Assembly (NCBI GenBank): GCA_965653335.1
Contig: CBFGZU010000001.1
Location: forward strand, 8,495 to 72,494
Source of the DNA: an uncultured Pseudolysinimonas sp.
GTDB taxonomy: Bacteria; Actinomycetota; Actinomycetes; Actinomycetales; Microbacteriaceae
Length of the DNA stretch: 64,000 bases
Reading direction: 5' to 3'
Shown here: positions 28,742 through 37,265 of the stretch, in pieces
Position numbering within the stretch: the stretch's first letter is position 1
Layout of the letters: every line of letters begins with the position of its first letter
Translations under genes and position numbers: made by a program
The notes under the pieces: model-generated
Databases searched by the model: none
What the model was told of the DNA's origin: nothing
What the model saw: the letters and a program-made list of their open reading frames with translations, nothing else

Positions 28742-29743
28742 TCACTCCCCCGACGTCAGCGCCGGTCCGGTCACCCCGAGTTCGCGCACGTTGACGACAT
28801 CGCGGAGCGGCTCGTTCGCCTTCCACCTGCGCAAGTTCTCAGCGAAGCAGTCGACGACCCGGTCGCGCCAGCCGACGAGGTCGCCCGAGGCGTGCGGCGA
28901 GACCAGGATGTTGCTCCTGCTCCAGAACGGGTGGTCGGCGGGAAGCGGTTCTTGCTCGAACACGTCGAGCGCAGCGCCCCCCAGGTGGCCCGAGTCGATC
29001 GCCGCGAGCAGATCCGGCTCCACGACGACCGCTCCGCGCCCGACGTTCACGAGGCGGGCGCCGGGACGCATCCTGCCGATGCGGCCCGCATCGAACAGTC
29101 CCCGGGATTCCTCGGTGAGCGGGACAGTGAGGACGACGTCGTCGGCGAGCCCGATCAGCTCGTCGAGGCGGTCGAGGGCGGCGATCGGGCCGAGTTCCGC
29201 GTCGACCCGTTCCGAGCGCCCGACGACCGTCACGTCCATGCCGGCTGCCCGCAGCAGCAGCACCGTCTCCCGGCCGACTCCGCCGGGGCCGACCACGAGG
29301 ACTTTGCGCCCGAGAAGGGGTTCGGTCTCCCGGTGCAGCCAGGTGCGCTCCTGCTGCAACTCGATCGTGCGACGGATGTCTTTCACGAACATCAACAGCA
29401 CTCCGAGGACCCACTCGGCGATGGGTCGCTCGCAGACGCCGCGCGAGTTGCTGACGATGATGTCGCCGTTCACGATCTCGGGGGTGAGGAGCGCATCGAC
29501 GCCGATGCTCGACGTGTGGATCCAGCGCAACTGCCCCGGCCCGACGTCACGCAGCAGATTGCTGCGGAAGTCGTTGAGGAACAGCAGCTCGGTGCCCGGC
29601 AGCGCGGCGCGGAGCTCGTCGGCGGTCTGCACGATCGTGAAGTCGGCTTCCGACTCGAGTCGCGCGACCGGGGGCACCGGCCGGCCCTCGGGGATGACGA
29701 CGATCGCTTTCGGCCGGGATGCGCTCTCTCCCTGCACCGCCAT
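28742..29743 (-). CDS. D-2-hydroxyacid dehydrogenase family protein
   Basis: GPGGVG, VPLTEESRG, VNVGRG, LDVFEQEPL, SPH; TGATG coupling to the dehydratase. Confidence 0.9.
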   Translation of the reverse strand: MAVQGESASRPKAIVVIPEGRPVPPVARLESEADFTIVQTADELRAALPGTELLFLNDFRSNLLRDVGPGQLRWIHTSSIGVDALLTPEIVNGDIIVSNSRGVCERPIAEWVLGVLLMFVKDIRRTIELQQERTWLHRETEPLLGRKVLVVGPGGVGRETVLLLRAAGMDVTVVGRSERVDAELGPIAALDRLDELIGLADDVVLTVPLTEESRGLFDAGRIGRMRPGARLVNVGRGAVVVEPDLLAAIDSGHLGGAALDVFEQEPLPADHPFWSRSNILVSPHASGDLVGWRDRVVDCFAENLRRWKANEPLRDVVNVRELGVTGPALTSGE

Positions 29744-31503
29744 CACCAACCGCCCTGCCAGCCGCTCATGAGGCCGTAGGGAAGCCGCTGCGGCTCTTCG
29801 TCGGGGAGGCTCTGCAGGAAGTCGAAGTCGCACCCCTCATCCGCCTGGGTCACGTGGTCGAGATAGAGCCGGCCGTACCCCCGCCGGTACTTCGGCTTGG
29901 GCAGCGTGAGCTCGGCGAGGCGCCGCTCGATCTCCTCCGCCGGGATGTCGAGATCGAACCTCTGGTTCTCGACGTCGAGCACGATCGGGTCGCCGTCGCG
30001 CACGATCGCGAGGGGGCCGCCCACCGCCGATTCGGGCGAGACGTGCAGCACGGTCGTGCCGAACGCCGTGCCGCTCATCCGCGCATCCGACACCCGGACG
30101 ACGTCGCGGATGCCGCGGCGCAGCAGCTTCTCGGGGATCGGCAGCATGCCCCACTCGGGCATGCCCGGTGCCCCGACCGGCCCGCTGTTGCGCAGGACGA
30201 GCACCGAGTCCTCGGTGATGTCGAGGTTCGGGTCGTCGATGCGGGCGCCGAGATCGTAGATGTCCTCGAACACGACCGCCGGACCGCGGTGCTGCAGCAA
30301 TTCCGGCGAGGCCGCACTGCGCTTGATGACGGCGCCGTTGGGGGCGAGCGAACCGCGCACAACCGCGATCCCGCCCGACGCGTCGAACGGCGTCTCGAGG
30401 GTGCTGACGACCTCGCCATCGGGTGCCGGAGCGGAGGCGTAACCGTGCTCGATGGTCTGACCGGTCACCGTGATGGCGCCGGGGTGCAGCAGGGGCGCGA
30501 GCTCCTTGAGCACCGTCGGAATGCCGCCGGCGCGGAACAACTGCTGCACGAGGTGCTCCCCCGACGGCCGCAAGTTGACGATGCGCGGCGTGCGCTCGGA
30601 GATCTCGTGGAAGCGGTCGAGCTTCAGTTCGTACCCGACCCGACGCGCGAGGGCGAGCAGGTGCACGACGGCGTTCGTCGAGCCGCCGACCGCCATGAGC
30701 AGCGTGATCGCGTTGTCGAACGCCTCCGGGGTCAGCACCTCGCTCGGCTTCGGTCCCTGCGAGAGGGCCATCTCCACGGCGCGACGACCGGTCTGCTCGG
30801 CGGCCTGAGCGCGGCGGGCGTGCACGGCGGGAATGGATGCTGTGCCCGGCAGGCACATCCCGAGCGCTTCGACGATGGATGTCATCGTCGACGCGGTCCC
30901 CATCTCGCTGCAGTGCCCCGCGGTGGGCTTGGCGCTTGCCTCGAGTTCATCGAAGTCGGCTTGCGTCATCTTGCCGGCGCGCAGCTCGTCCGCGTACTTC
31001 CAGGTGTCGGTTCCGACTCCCAGCTGGCGACCGCGGAAGAACGCGGGCTCTTGCGGGCCGCCCGTCAGCATGATCGCCGGAACGTCGGCGCTCGCGGCAC
31101 CCATCAGCTGGGCAGGCACGGTCTTGTCGCACCCGCCCATGAGCACGATCGCGTCGAGGGGGTAGGCGCGGATCGACTCTTCGACATCCATCGCCATCAG
31201 GTTGCGGAACTGCATCGCCGACGGCTTCATGAGGCTCTCGCCGAGCGAGATCGTCGGGAACTCGAGCGGCAGCCCGCCCGCCATGAGCACGCCGCGCTTG
31301 ACCGATTCGGCCAGCAGTTTGAAGTGGATGTTGCAGTTCACGAGCTCCGACCACGAGTTCGCGATGCCGACGACCGGCCGGTCCTTGATGGCGAAGTTCG
31401 AGAAGCCTTCGGCCTGGATCGCGGTTCGGTGAACGAATCCGGTCAGGTCGTGCGGGCCGAACCACCGCGCGCTGCGGAGGTTGCTGGTGTTGGAATCGGA
31501 CAT
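29743..31503 (-). CDS. IlvD/Edd-family dehydratase, sugar-acid type
   Basis: NSWSELVNCN, RNLMAMDVEE, GGCDKT, CSEMGTASTM, GGSTNA, GAPGMPEWG, SDARMSGT; RGYGRLYLDHVTQADEGCDFDFL tail typical of pentonate dehydratases. Confidence 0.9.
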   Translation of the reverse strand: MSDSNTSNLRSARWFGPHDLTGFVHRTAIQAEGFSNFAIKDRPVVGIANSWSELVNCNIHFKLLAESVKRGVLMAGGLPLEFPTISLGESLMKPSAMQFRNLMAMDVEESIRAYPLDAIVLMGGCDKTVPAQLMGAASADVPAIMLTGGPQEPAFFRGRQLGVGTDTWKYADELRAGKMTQADFDELEASAKPTAGHCSEMGTASTMTSIVEALGMCLPGTASIPAVHARRAQAAEQTGRRAVEMALSQGPKPSEVLTPEAFDNAITLLMAVGGSTNAVVHLLALARRVGYELKLDRFHEISERTPRIVNLRPSGEHLVQQLFRAGGIPTVLKELAPLLHPGAITVTGQTIEHGYASAPAPDGEVVSTLETPFDASGGIAVVRGSLAPNGAVIKRSAASPELLQHRGPAVVFEDIYDLGARIDDPNLDITEDSVLVLRNSGPVGAPGMPEWGMLPIPEKLLRRGIRDVVRVSDARMSGTAFGTTVLHVSPESAVGGPLAIVRDGDPIVLDVENQRFDLDIPAEEIERRLAELTLPKPKYRRGYGRLYLDHVTQADEGCDFDFLQSLPDEEPQRLPYGLMSGWQGGW

Positions 31504-31557
31504 GACGGTGGCGCTCCTTGAATGGTGGTGATGATCGGGTTCGGCCTCTCGCCGCCG

Positions 31558-32328
31558 CTAGGCGGCCGAGGTTCCTCCGTCGAGGGCCATGCTGGTGCCC
31601 GTGGCGAATGTCGCCTCGATCGCGAGGAAGTAGATCGCGCGGGCGACCTCATCCGGATCGGCGAGCCGGTTGAGCGGCACGGTCGCTTCTTTCTCGCGCA
31701 TGGCGCGTTCCGGGTCGTCCGCTTCGTCGATTCCGGCTCGGAGCATGGGCGTGTCGATCGGCCCCGGGCACACGACGTTGACGCGCACGTGGGGAGCCAG
31801 TTCGATCGCGAGGGCGCGGGTGAGTCCGACGACTCCGGCCTTCGACGCGCAGTACGGCACGAGGCCGGCGACCCCCATCGTCGCGAGATCGGAGGCGACG
31901 TTCACGATCGCGCCGCCACCTTCGGCCCGCAAGTGCAGCCCCGCCTCCCGCGCGACGTAGAAGGTGCCCGAGAGGTTGGTGTCGACGATCTGCCGCCACG
32001 CCGCGGCGTCGAGATCTTCCAGCAGGGCGTGTCCGGCGACGCCGGCGGAGTTCACCGCCACGTCGAGACCGCCGAGTTCGCGGATCGCGACGCGCACCCC
32101 CGCGGTCGCCGACTCCGGATCGGAGACGTCGGCGACGATCGCGCGGGCTGTGTCGCCGATTTCGGCAGCCACCCGCTCGAGTTGATCCGACCGTCGCCCG
32201 AGCAGTGCGACGCGGGCCCCCCGACTCGCGAAGAGCTTCGCCGTCGCTGCCCCGACCCCCGTACCGGCGCCCGTGATGAGCACTCGCGCACCCTCGGGAG
32301 CGATCTGATGAGGAGTCGGTGCCGTCAT
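31558..32328 (-). CDS. SDR-family oxidoreductase
   Basis: TGAGTGVG, NSAG, YCASK, CPGPIDT. Confidence 0.93.
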   Translation of the reverse strand: MTAPTPHQIAPEGARVLITGAGTGVGAATAKLFASRGARVALLGRRSDQLERVAAEIGDTARAIVADVSDPESATAGVRVAIRELGGLDVAVNSAGVAGHALLEDLDAAAWRQIVDTNLSGTFYVAREAGLHLRAEGGGAIVNVASDLATMGVAGLVPYCASKAGVVGLTRALAIELAPHVRVNVVCPGPIDTPMLRAGIDEADDPERAMREKEATVPLNRLADPDEVARAIYFLAIEATFATGTSMALDGGTSAA

Positions 32329-32419
32329 GGCTCGTCAACCTCCTTCATCCTTCGGGCGTGCGCGGCAAGCCGCCGTCACGCGCCTGAGACAAGTAGATCA
32401 GCGACAGCCCCACGCGCGA

Positions 32420-32436
32420 TGTTCCACATTGAAACA
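32420..32436. promoter_or_regulatory. Island regulon site 3 (divergent SDR / Gfo region)
   Basis: TGTTCCACATTGAAACA; TAGGCT -10 box 22 nt downstream. Confidence 0.75.
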
Positions 32437-32505
32437 TCCTGGTCACCCGGAAGGTTCGTAGGCTGAGGCCACACAAGTCGGGCCACGGCCCAAGAAGGAG
32501 TCGGC

Positions 32506-33651
32506 GTGCAAGGCACGGACAACATCGGTGTCGGTCTCATCTCGGTCGGTTGGATGGGGCGTCTGCACTCGCGCGCCTACCTCGCGACGCGCCAGTTCTA
32601 CCCGGAACTGACTCGCCACGCCGAGCTGGTGATCGCCGCCGACCCCGATGACGCGGGTCGCGGCTACGCCGAGAACAACGTCGGCTACCGCGAGACGACG
32701 ACCGACTACCGCGAGGTGCTCGCGCATCCGGATGTCGACGTCGTCTCGATCTGCTCGCCGAACTTCCTGCACCACGAGGTCGCCCTCGCCGCCATCGCGG
32801 CGGGCAAGCACTTCTGGATCGAGAAGCCCATGGGGCGCAGCGCGCGCGAGTCGCGCGAGATCGCCCAGGGCGCGGAAGCCGCGGGGCTCATCACCGCCGT
32901 CGGCTTCAACTACCGGCACGCCCCCGCCGTCGCCGAGGCGCGCCGGCTCATCCGCTCCGGCGCCATCGGCACCGTCACCAACGTGCAGATCCGGCTCATC
33001 ACGAGTTACGCATCCGATCCCACTCAGGGCTTCACCTGGCGCTACGAGACGGAGTTCGCCGGCTCCGGCGTGCTCGGCGACGTGCTCAGTCACGGCTTCG
33101 ACCTCGCCCAGTTCCTCATCGGGCGCATCTCCTCGGTCAATTCGATCACGGAGACTTTCATCAAGGACCGCCCCCTGCCGGACGGTTCGACACGCGAGGT
33201 CGAGAACGAGGATTACGCCGCCGTCCTCGCCCGATTCGACAACGGCGCGGTCGGCGTGCTGGAGTCGACGCGCGTCGCGATCGGCCCGAACGCCGAGTAC
33301 ACGATCGAGGTGTACGGCACGACGGGCTCGCTGCGCTGGAACTTCGACCAGATGAACCAGCTCGAGGTGGCGGAGGACGTGCGCGGCTACCGCACCATCA
33401 TGACCGACACCTCCTTCGGCGACTTCGGGCGGTTTCAGCCGAACGCCGGCCCCGGCATCGGCTTCAACGACCTCAAGACGATCGAAGCCGCGCTCTTCTT
33501 GCGCTCGGTGGCCGAGGGCACGCAACTCGCCCCGTCGGCAGCCGACGGCTGGTCGGCCTCCGAACTCGTCGATGCTTCGATCACGAGCGCCGCATCCGGG
33601 GCGTGGGTCGAGCTTCCCGAGGTCACAGGCACCACGACCTACCAGGCGTAG
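32506..33651 (+). CDS. Gfo/Idh/MocA oxidoreductase (inositol-dehydrogenase-like)
   Basis: GWMGRLH, SPNFLH, IEKP, GFNYR, LGDVLSHGFD, GFNDLKTIE. Confidence 0.9.
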   Translation: MQGTDNIGVGLISVGWMGRLHSRAYLATRQFYPELTRHAELVIAADPDDAGRGYAENNVGYRETTTDYREVLAHPDVDVVSICSPNFLHHEVALAAIAAGKHFWIEKPMGRSARESREIAQGAEAAGLITAVGFNYRHAPAVAEARRLIRSGAIGTVTNVQIRLITSYASDPTQGFTWRYETEFAGSGVLGDVLSHGFDLAQFLIGRISSVNSITETFIKDRPLPDGSTREVENEDYAAVLARFDNGAVGVLESTRVAIGPNAEYTIEVYGTTGSLRWNFDQMNQLEVAEDVRGYRTIMTDTSFGDFGRFQPNAGPGIGFNDLKTIEAALFLRSVAEGTQLAPSAADGWSASELVDASITSAASGAWVELPEVTGTTTYQA

Positions 33652-33678
33652 AAACGTCCCTCGACGGGGTCCGGAGTC

Positions 33679-34701
33679 TCAGCGAGAATTCCGGGCCCCG
33701 TCGAGGCGCACCACGGCGCCGTCCTCGGCGGAGCGCTGCGCGGCATCCGCGATCATGAGCGCCGCGCGGCCGTCGTCGAAGCCGGGGCTGCTCGACTCCT
33801 CGCCACGCACGAGCTTCACAAACTCGGCGAGCTCGAGGGCGTAGGCGTCGGCGTAGCGCTCCAGGAAGAAGTCCACGTAGGGCCGCTTCGTCTCGACGCC
33901 GGATGCCGTCGAGACACTCACGAGGCTCGACGGCGCGTTCGCCACCTGAAGCACGCCGTCGGGACCGAACGCCTCGAGTCTCTGGTCGTAGCCGATCGCG
34001 CTGTGCCGCGAGTTGACGATCGTCGCGAGTCCGCCCGCAGCGGAGCGCAACGTCACCACGACCGAATCGAAGTCGCCCTGATCACGAGCGCCCGCATCGA
34101 ATAACTGCCCGCCGACCGCGCTGACCTCGATGATCTCGCCGAGAAAGAATCGCGCCATGTCGAAATCGTGGATCGTCATGTCGCGGAAGATGCCGCCGGA
34201 GACGCCGAGATACTCGGCCGGCGGCGGGCCGGGGTCGCGGCTGATGATCGACAGGAGTTCGAGCGCGCCGATCTCGCCGGTGGCGACGCGACGGTGGACC
34301 TCGGCGAACGCCGGGTCGAATCGCTGATTGAAGCCCAGCGCGACCGGCACCGGGCTCGCCGCCACCTTGGGCCGCAGGGCGTCGACGCGCGCGATGTCGA
34401 GGTCGATCGGCTTCTCGCACAGCACCGCGACACCCGCGTCGACGCACGCCTCGATGAGGTCGATGTGGGTGGGCGTCGGCGACGCGACGAGGACCGCGTC
34501 GACCTCTCCCGAGGTGATCACATGCTCGGGCGACTCGGCGACCCTCCCCCCGAACCGTGCGGCGAGGGACTCGGCTCCCGACACCACGGGGTCGGCGACC
34601 CACGCGAGCGAGGTGTCAGGATTCGCGGCGATGCTCGCCGCGTGCACCTGACCGATGCGTCCGGCCCCGATCAGGCCGATGCGAACGTTCTCCCGAGCCA
34701 T
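33679..34701 (-). CDS. iolG: myo-Inositol 2-dehydrogenase-like protein
   Basis: GAGRIG, CEKP, GFNQRFD, SRDP, SGGIFRDMTIHDFD, GYDQRLEAFG, FFLERY. Confidence 0.85.
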   Translation of the reverse strand: MARENVRIGLIGAGRIGQVHAASIAANPDTSLAWVADPVVSGAESLAARFGGRVAESPEHVITSGEVDAVLVASPTPTHIDLIEACVDAGVAVLCEKPIDLDIARVDALRPKVAASPVPVALGFNQRFDPAFAEVHRRVATGEIGALELLSIISRDPGPPPAEYLGVSGGIFRDMTIHDFDMARFFLGEIIEVSAVGGQLFDAGARDQGDFDSVVVTLRSAAGGLATIVNSRHSAIGYDQRLEAFGPDGVLQVANAPSSLVSVSTASGVETKRPYVDFFLERYADAYALELAEFVKLVRGEESSSPGFDDGRAALMIADAAQRSAEDGAVVRLDGARNSR

Positions 34702-34732
34702 CCCGGCACCTCTCGTCGGTCGAGTCAGACCG

Positions 34733-35689
34733 CTACTTGAGGAACTCGTCGACATTTTCCGCCGTGACGAGGATGGCCGGCGTCACGATCTCCGGCTCGA
34801 CCTCTTCGCCTTTGAGGTGCGCGATCGCGGTCTGGGCGCTGGCCAGCCCCTGTCCGCGGAAATCCTGCGCGACGGTCGCCGTCAGAATGCCTTTCTTGAC
34901 GGCTTCGAACCCTGCCGGGTCCCCATCGACGCTCACGAAGGCTGTGAAGTCGTCCTCGCGCCCTGCCTCCTCGATCGCGAGCGTGGCACCGATGGCGATC
35001 TCATCGCACGACGCGTAGGCGCCGTCGATCTCGCCCGCCGGGAAGCGCTGAAGCACGTCCTCCATGCTCTTGACCGACTTGTCGCGGGAGCAGTCCGCGG
35101 CGTACTCGGCGATGATCTCGATGTTGTCGTTGATCGCCATGTTGTAGCCATCGGTGCGGCGGTCGGTCCACGACGCGCCGATGGTGCCGGCGATGAAGAC
35201 GATCTTGCCGCCGTCGGGAAGTTGCTCGTTGAGATACTCGGCCTGCATCTTCCCGGCTTCGATCTCGTTCTGACCGATGTGGCTGACGACGTCGATCCCG
35301 GCCTCTTCAGGGAAGCCCGTGTTGACGGTGAAGAGCGGAATGCCCGCCTCGTTGATGAGAGCGGCTGCCTTCGCGCTCACCTCCCCGTCGATCGGCTGCA
35401 GGATGATCGCATCCACGCCGCGCACGATGAGGTCCTCGATGTCGGCCCGTTCCTTCGCGGTATCGCTCCGGGAGTCGGTGACGACGACCTCGACACCCTC
35501 CTCGTCCGCCACCTCCAGGATGGCTTCCCTGATGGGGGCGGTGTTGGGCGACGACTCGTCGTAGAACACCGCTCCGATCGTGAAGTCGTCATCCTCGCCG
35601 TTGGCATCTCCGCCGGGGGCGGCGCATCCTGCGAAAAGCAACGCCGACAGACCGGCGAAGCCAATCGCGGCTGTGATCCGAGTCTTCAT
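34733..35689 (-). CDS. Second sugar ABC substrate-binding lipoprotein
   Basis: Lipobox FAGC, VDAIILQPIDG, GASWTDRR shared with 25632-26588, SVDG, TATVAQD. Confidence 0.9.
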   Translation of the reverse strand: MKTRITAAIGFAGLSALLFAGCAAPGGDANGEDDDFTIGAVFYDESSPNTAPIREAILEVADEEGVEVVVTDSRSDTAKERADIEDLIVRGVDAIILQPIDGEVSAKAAALINEAGIPLFTVNTGFPEEAGIDVVSHIGQNEIEAGKMQAEYLNEQLPDGGKIVFIAGTIGASWTDRRTDGYNMAINDNIEIIAEYAADCSRDKSVKSMEDVLQRFPAGEIDGAYASCDEIAIGATLAIEEAGREDDFTAFVSVDGDPAGFEAVKKGILTATVAQDFRGQGLASAQTAIAHLKGEEVEPEIVTPAILVTAENVDEFLK

Positions 35690-35816
35690 TGAAATCGGTC
35701 CTCTCGTGTGCTGAGTCCATGACGGCAGCCGAGCACGGCAACGGACCGTGCCGTTGCATGACCGATCGTCGCTCAGCTTTCCTGCGCCCAGTCTCGCCGC
35801 CGGGCGAGATATCGGA

Positions 35817-35833
35817 TGTGCCAATCTGGGACG
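35817..35833. promoter_or_regulatory. Island regulon site 4 (upstream of SBP2-iolG)
   Basis: TGTGCCAATCTGGGACG. Confidence 0.7.
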
Positions 35834-35893
35834 GGTCGACGGTGGACGACGCACGCACGACGCGGCCGTCGTGTGACGGCGCGCGCCGCGACC

Positions 35894-37252
35894 TCAGGAG
35901 GCGGCGAAGCGGAACAGTTTCTTGTTCGCGAACTCGAGCATGCCGACCTGGCCCATCTCCCGGCCGTAGCCCGACTTCTTGACACCGCCGAACGGGATGT
36001 CGGGGCCGCCGAGACCCATCGCGTTGATGAAGACCATGCCGACATCCAGCTGGTTGCCGACGCGCTCGGCACGCTCCAGGTCGTCGCAGATCACGGCCGA
36101 GCCGAGACCATACGGCGACGAGTTCGCGAGCTCGATCGCTTCTTCGTCACTCGACACGCGGTAGAGCTGGGCGACGGGGCCGAACAGCTCTTCGCTGTAG
36201 ACATCCATCTGGGGCGTGATGCCGGCGAGGATGCCCGGCGTATAGACGTTGCCGTTGGGAGTGTTGTCGCCGACGATCAGCTCGGCTCCCTGGTCGAGAG
36301 CCGTCTGCACTTGCGACGTGAGCGTCGCGGTCGCCGAATCGGACGACAGCGGGCCGAAGTCGCCGTTCTCGTACGACTGGGCCTTGATCGCGGCCGTGAA
36401 CTTGGCCGCAAACTCGTCGAAGTGCTTGTCCATCACGACGATGCGCTTCGACCCGTTGCAGCTCTGGCCCGTGTTGTCCATGCGACCACCCACCGCGTGC
36501 TTCACCGCGTTGTCGATGTTCGCCGTGTCGAGCACGAGGAACACGTCGGCACCGCCGAGCTCGAGCACGCACTTCTTGAGCGCCCGGCCCGCGCGCTCCG
36601 CGACGATCGCGCCGACCCGCTCGGAGCCCGTGAGGGAGACCCCCTGCACGCGGTCGTCGTCGATCATCTGACCGATCTGATCGTGCGACGCGAAGACGTT
36701 GACGTAGGCACCCTCGGGGAACCCGGCGTCGAGGAAGAGCTGGTGCAGCGCGAGCGCCGACTCGGGGCACTGACTCGCGTGCCGCACGATGACGGTGTTG
36801 CCGAGGATCAGGTTGGGCACCGCGAAACGTGCGACCTGGTAGTAGGGGTAGTTCCACGGCATGATGCCGAGGATGACCCCGAGCCCCTGGAACCGGAAGA
36901 AGCTCCGGAGCCCGTCGGCGGTCTCGAGCACCTCGTCGGCGAGCCACTTCTCGCCATTCGTGGCGAAGGCCGCCGCGATCTTCGCCGAGAAGTCGACCTC
37001 ACCGATGCCCTGAGCGACCGGCTTGCCCATCTCACGATTGATGATCGCCGCGAGCTCATCCTGGCGCTCGATCATCAGATCGGCGAGGCGCTGGGCGAAG
37101 ACCACGCGCTCGGCCACCGTCGTCGCGCGAGACCACGTGCGGTAGGTCTCGTGCGCCGACGCGAGTGCCGACTCGACATCGGCCGCCGTCGCCTGCGGGT
37201 ACTCGGCCACCTTCTGTCGCGTGGCCGGATCGATGACGGCGAACGTGCCCAT
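35894..37252 (-). CDS. NAD(P)-dependent aldehyde dehydrogenase, succinate-semialdehyde dehydrogenase-like (GabD1/Sad)
   Basis: IMPWNYP, SLTGSERVG, LELGG, NTGQSC, EELFGP, PFGGVKKSGYGRE. Confidence 0.9.
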   Translation of the reverse strand: MGTFAVIDPATRQKVAEYPQATAADVESALASAHETYRTWSRATTVAERVVFAQRLADLMIERQDELAAIINREMGKPVAQGIGEVDFSAKIAAAFATNGEKWLADEVLETADGLRSFFRFQGLGVILGIMPWNYPYYQVARFAVPNLILGNTVIVRHASQCPESALALHQLFLDAGFPEGAYVNVFASHDQIGQMIDDDRVQGVSLTGSERVGAIVAERAGRALKKCVLELGGADVFLVLDTANIDNAVKHAVGGRMDNTGQSCNGSKRIVVMDKHFDEFAAKFTAAIKAQSYENGDFGPLSSDSATATLTSQVQTALDQGAELIVGDNTPNGNVYTPGILAGITPQMDVYSEELFGPVAQLYRVSSDEEAIELANSSPYGLGSAVICDDLERAERVGNQLDVGMVFINAMGLGGPDIPFGGVKKSGYGREMGQVGMLEFANKKLFRFAAS

Positions 37253-37265
37253 CTGCTGACTCCCT

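Noticed and set aside
29743-31503. Branched-chain biosynthetic ilvD call
   Set aside because: C-terminal signature and context fit the sugar-acid dehydratase branch; no ilv genes nearby.
35733-35757. Mutually exclusive hairpins (GCACGG/CCGTGC vs GCAACGG/CCGTTGC) in the SBP2 leader as a riboswitch
   Set aside because: Short GC-rich stems are expected by chance, and I recognise no aptamer consensus.
28685-35833. TGGCAC in several island promoters read as sigma54 -24 boxes
   Set aside because: No TTGC at the -12 position and the regulator lacks GAFTGA; TGGCAC is half of the 17-bp palindrome.
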